A stretch of 54,656 bases of DNA, the filler included, from Sphacelaria rigidula (lineage: Eukaryota), in assembly GCA_964200075.2 (NCBI GenBank). It is 5 parts of 5 records of this genome, joined end to end, with 100 filler letters (N's around TTAATTAATTAA, not from the genome) between each part and the next. Parts side by side here need not be neighbours in the genome. Positions count along the whole stretch, not along the records: positions 43,807 to 54,656 come from CAXNAA020005799.1; 4 more parts are not named here. One strand, 5' to 3'. The notes under the pieces are model-generated. The model searched no databases and was not told the DNA's origin. It was given only the letters and a program-made list of their open reading frames with translations. The position numbers and the translations under genes were made by a program. Below are positions 50,301 through 54,656 of this stretch, piece after piece; within the stretch, counting starts at the first letter, position 1; each line of letters begins with the position of its first letter.

Positions 50301-51226
50301 TGAGGACGTTGAATGTTGAACGGCTGTGTGAAACGCAACCGCAAGCGCTTGTGAAAGGACAGTTGTCGCCGGACCGTCAGAAATGACAACCAGTGATGAA
50401 CGGAGCAAGTCCTCCAGAGCCGTGACTAAAGGCAGGTGCCCTGTGGAAGGCTCTTGTGAGCGGCCAAGACGCGAGGAGGATGTTCGGCGCGAGGGCTGGT
50501 GAACACAAGTGTCCTCACGATACATGTCGTGTCATCGCGGGCGCTGTACGGCATCGGAAACCTTGTGCTACCGAAAACGTCGGAAGGCATGGATGGATGC
50601 CGTTCGTCAACACCGTGAGCGCGGAGTGAGTCGATAACCGCGGCGGAAGCCTGGAGCGGTTTGCGTTGCGCAGGAGGGGAAACGCGTGGCGACTCGGTAG
50701 ATATGTTGGAACTCCGAGACGGTGTGCCTTTCACAACAGAGCGAGCGCGTAGCGACTCTGCGATCATGTTGGAAGTCCTGGACAGTGGACGGTCCGCGAC
50801 ATAGCGAGCGCGTAGCGACTCGTCGGTCATGTCGGGAGTCTTGGACGGTGTGCGTTTCGCAACAGAGCGAGCGCGTAGCGACTCGTCGATCATGTTGGAA
50901 GTCCTGGACAAATGGCGGTCGTGGTCACCACTAGCAGCCAAGTCTCGAGACGTGTAGTCGCCAGAGTGAAGGGCCGAAGCTCTGTGGGATTTTACTTCTT
51001 CGTGTACAGGGGAAGTAAGAGTGAGTTGTTTTGAAGGAAGTGATGAAACGAAAAGCTGACGGCGTAAAGATTTGTAAGGAGTAAGGGCCGAGGGGAGAAA
51101 TATTTTCTGTGGTTGCGCCACATTAAATTGAAGAGGTAGAAATGGACGCCAAACACCAGAGTACGATAGTTCTGGTGTAATAATAGCAGGTAGTGCAGGC
51201 TCGACAGGGGATTGTAGATACCGCAA
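47390..51226 (-). pseudogene. Long fragmented intronless coding relic (probably ORF1/gag-like of a mobile element)
   Basis: Chain of protein-like frames: 50426-51226, 49749-50525, 49017-49586 (coiled-coil-like), 48540-48923, 48120-48482, 47875-48111 and a Cys/His-containing end near 47400-47520. No enzyme motif recognised. Confidence 0.4.
50685..50910 (-). repeat. 63-bp coding tandem repeat (21 aa), ~3.5 units, alternating A/B
   Basis: gcgagcgcgtagcgactc recurs at 63-bp spacing and encodes SRTSNMIxESLRARSV..TP / SKTPDMTDESLRARYVADRPL. Confidence 0.85.
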
Positions 51227-51954
51227 AACAAAGGTAAGCAGTAAAGACTACAAAATTTATTAATAGAGGTACACCGAAGTAGAGTAAACTGCGGTGATAA
51301 TAACAATCAGCGTAATCGCGGCAATGTTTTGTGCACCGAAAGGGCACACAGCAGAGCAAAATATGAAGAACTGAAGCTAAACGCCGAAAAGAGAGGAACT
51401 GCGGCAGGAATACGACACCTGTAGAGGAAGCCGTGTATGGGGGACCGCAGGAAGGCACACTGAAGGTGTACCACAGGTATTAACAGTCGTCAAGGAACAA
51501 AATTACAGACAAAGCCAATAGTTGTCATGAGAGAGGTGTGGTGCAAGAGCAAAAACCAACAAGGAGACGACTGTGAAAGGAGGCGGACACTTGGACAGAT
51601 GTCCGACGGCGCACTGTGCACGTCAAATACAACAGGGGTACTTAGTGGCCAGAGACACACTGAACAAAGGTACTGTCCTCTTACTCTTGCGCTGACTGCT
51701 TTTAGTGTTTTAGTTCACCGCGCGTACAACATCCACGCTCACGTTTTCGGTGCAACACCTGTGTAGTAGCAACTGCCGCTCCACCGTCTTGGAGCACTGA
51801 AGTACACATTATCTGTTTCTCCGCACATTGTCTGTTCTTCCGATTACACGACACCTTCCCCGCTTACTCACTCGTGTCGGTGCTGTACTTCTGTCACCGC
51901 ACACTCCCTCGGCTTTATACAACACCCAAGCCCCGCTTCTCAAACTTCCCGCCG

Positions 51955-52175
51955 GGTGTGCACTACGTGATCCACTTTTTATCTTTGGGTTTTGTATTGC
52001 GTGACGCGCATTTCATCTTCTGTGTGTGTACTGGATGATACATTTTTTGTCTATCGTGTGTGTACTACGGGACACATGCTTCTCTTTTGGTTCTGTACTG
52101 CGTAATCCCCCCTTTGGTTGTATCCTACGTTATCCACGTTTTCCCTCCTTGGCGCTGTACTACCTGGTTCATTTT
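51955..52175 (+). repeat. Degenerate ~34-bp tandem repeat, about 7 units
   Basis: Recurring tgtactacgtgatccac-like motif followed by a T/C tract. Confidence 0.6.
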
Positions 52176-52645
52176 ACGATTCACTGCTGTTTTTCGAAAG
52201 TCCGTATTCCCCTGTAATCCTTTCAGTTGGTGCCTGATCTGCCCCAACATTTTTGTTTCAGTCGGCTGCTCCAGCTGTCTCCTCTTGGACCCCTGCACTT
52301 GACTCCAGTGTTTCGCACCCTCGCTGCCGCGCTTTTGGTTCTCTTTCTGTATCGAATTCCATAACTATTTACACATCGCCTCCACCTTGGCCAAGTGATT
52401 TACACTAGCCTTGGTGTCTACTTTCGCGGTCTCGAGTTGTGTTTACCTACACTTTATGTGTGCGGTGAGGTAAGCAGTAGGAGCAGATCAACCAGCCAGC
52501 TCAGAGGGAGCAGCTCAAGAGCGAGCGAGGGTGCATGAGATACATGCAACGCAACCTATCTGAAGTCGGCCCGAGAAGGCGTTTTACCTTCTCGGAGCTA
52601 GGGTACACCCGTCTGCACACTAACCTCCCCAGCTAGGGTACACCA

Positions 52646-52893
52646 GACTAATGCCGAGATAGCCCCCCCACAAAAAGTGCACCGGCACCATCCAACGAAC
52701 CAGCTGCGATCCCACTATTGGGCTCGTTTGCAGCTATTTCTCCCACATGAGAGGCGTGTAGCAGTCCGAAATCAGCTATAACGCCCAAATCAGTCGCGTC
52801 GTGCGGCACAAAACCAGCTTTAACGGCAGTTATGATCATCGCCTCCGTGCACGGTTTTGGCCGGTATTGGGGGGGGTTATCTCGGCAGCAGTC
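52646..52893. mobile_element. MITE family C, copy 2, TSD ACCA
   Basis: acca|gactaatgccgagatagccccccc ... ggggggggttatctcggcagcagtc|acca; it interrupts a short agctagggtacacc tandem duplication. Confidence 0.9.
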
Positions 52894-54068
52894 ACCAGTC
52901 TGTACACCAACCTTCCCCAGAGCTACGGGAGTGTTCCCATGAACAGGTCGGATGATCTGTGAGCCAACCTGCCCCAAAGTTGTCTATAGGAACAAATAAC
53001 GCCTCTCTATCTTCCTTCCTCATGACAACTGTATATGGCCTGCACTATCACCTCGTTGAAACCCCAACTGCGTACTCAGTCTAACAGTTCATGAGTAATG
53101 TACTTTTACTGTGGGGACAAACTGTAGCGAATCACCATCGAACATTAAATGTCAGACTATGCCAGCAGAAGATGCCCAGATCACCTCTGCCATGTACTGT
53201 TAATTCGAGTATATATATATTGTAATGACACATGTATTGTAGTAGTGATCGTGCTGCATGAGTGAAACTATGACCGCAGTATTTAACCAGCAGACGTGAG
53301 TTAATGAACTGCTCTCGCATGTGAAAGAGATGAAAAGGGACTCCCGAGATGTCATCTGCTAAAATTAATGATGGGTAGAGCATGCCTTCGGGGAAGGCCA
53401 CCTACTAACCGCATCTCATACATGACCGTGTGTGCAACTGAGAGATAATAGCATTGCTGCGCTGCCGTTCGCTCATGCGCGAAAACTGTTTGTCTAATCG
53501 TAATGCCATACTGTCTATGCATACATGCTACCAGGCACGGTACCATGTAAGCCGATTTGCGGTGACCGGAAAATGCGAGGCTTGAATAACGAAACATGAG
53601 GTATTTACCCTATTCCCTGGTCAGGGGGGGCAGGTCATTGACGCTTGAAACGTTTTATTGCCATGAAAAATGGATGTAACCTCAACGTGGTTCCCCCTGT
53701 TCGATCGTTCACGCCCTTGGTGGATAGCTCCAAAGGGTATGAACGAGCCATGCTTGCGTGAATAAAATGGGAGTTATGTGAAGTCTTTTCGATTTTAAGA
53801 GATCAAACCCAACCATGTACTTCTAGTTTATATTCCGACTGTGAATACGTGGGTGGCTGTTCTCAGGTACACTGCTGAACATACCATTACTTGATTAATA
53901 TTACCAGCAGTGGTGGATCGCAGGACTGCATGAAGCCTGCAACAGTTGCTCGTCGATTATTACTGGTGCCCGCCTACCAATTCCTATGTAGCTACTCACG
54001 AGTGTGACAATCAACCCAGATCCACAACGATTGAGTGACGATGAATGAAGCTGCATGCTTTTGTCTTT

Positions 54069-54324
54069 GAGCAATGCTACGGTAGGGGTTCACCAATATT
54101 TTCTGAGGTTGGAAATGTTAGGAGCCCTTTATCTCACTCGAAACACGACTTATGAAACATGTGAGAGTACGCCAGGATTACGATTCCAATATGCTGGGGA
54201 TATTCCGAATAAATTAGCAAACGGGAATGCCCTGACCCATATTCTCGTGAATCTAGAATTCTTAGGAGCCCCTGAACCAGACAAGATTTCGCGCAAAAAG
54301 TGCACCCCTACCGTAGCATTGCTC
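54069..54324. mobile_element. Sola-like MITE family E, TSD CTTT
   Basis: cttt|GAGCAATGCTACGGTAGGGG ... CCCCTACCGTAGCATTGCTC|cttt. Confidence 0.92.
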
Positions 54325-54366
54325 CTTTGCATGAGGTCACCAGACGGATGCTCCGCCAGTTCCCGT

Positions 54367-54520
54367 TGACCGTCAATACTTGTGCACGCTACGACAATCA
54401 ATTTAACGATGACCGTCTACTCGTGCACGCTCTGACAATCCATTCGAAGATCACCGTGTAGATGTGTGCGCTCCGACAATCAATTCGAAGATGACCGTTT
54501 ACCTGTGCGCGCTATGACCG
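54367..54520 (+). repeat. ~41-bp minisatellite, about 4 units
   Basis: tgaccgt..gtgcrcgct..gacaatc.att..a.ga is repeated. Confidence 0.8.
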
Positions 54521-54656
54521 TCCCCGGGACAGGGCTACAATCCTCTCGTTTCGAGATTTTCATGGGAGTCATCCTACGATAGGGTGTACTCATGATCATG
54601 CTTGCCATAGTCATCAGACCATTGACCTCGCATCGCTACAAAGCCGGGACGGAGCA

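Overview
This is repeat-rich eukaryotic DNA, not prokaryotic. It most likely comes from a brown alga or related stramenopile; this is inferred from the style of the copia, gypsy and RTE proteins, the (CAGCA)n microsatellite, the TTAGGG repeats and the C-ending codon bias. The window is not one locus. It is five size-sorted contigs (1-10853, 10954-21805, 21906-32756, 32857-43706, 43807-54656; 10853/10852/10851/10850/10850 bp) joined by 100-nt N spacers carrying TTAATTAATTAA, so adjacency across the gaps is meaningless. One plausible host gene is present: a secreted, block-structured His-rich / Asp-Tyr-rich / Arg-rich / Cys protein. The coding relics are a decayed Academ-like transposase-XPG/PIN-Cys ORF, a decayed Ty3/gypsy pol whose integrase tail carries a chromo-like plus a Tudor-like module, a copia RNase H remnant, an RTE-LINE endonuclease and gag-like frames. 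Many MITEs have readable TIRs and TSDs: piggyBac-like, MULE-like, 4-bp-TSD Sola-like and a telomere-repeat-bearing TA-TSD family. Several tandem arrays are also present. All family calls come from motif recognition by eye; no searches were run.
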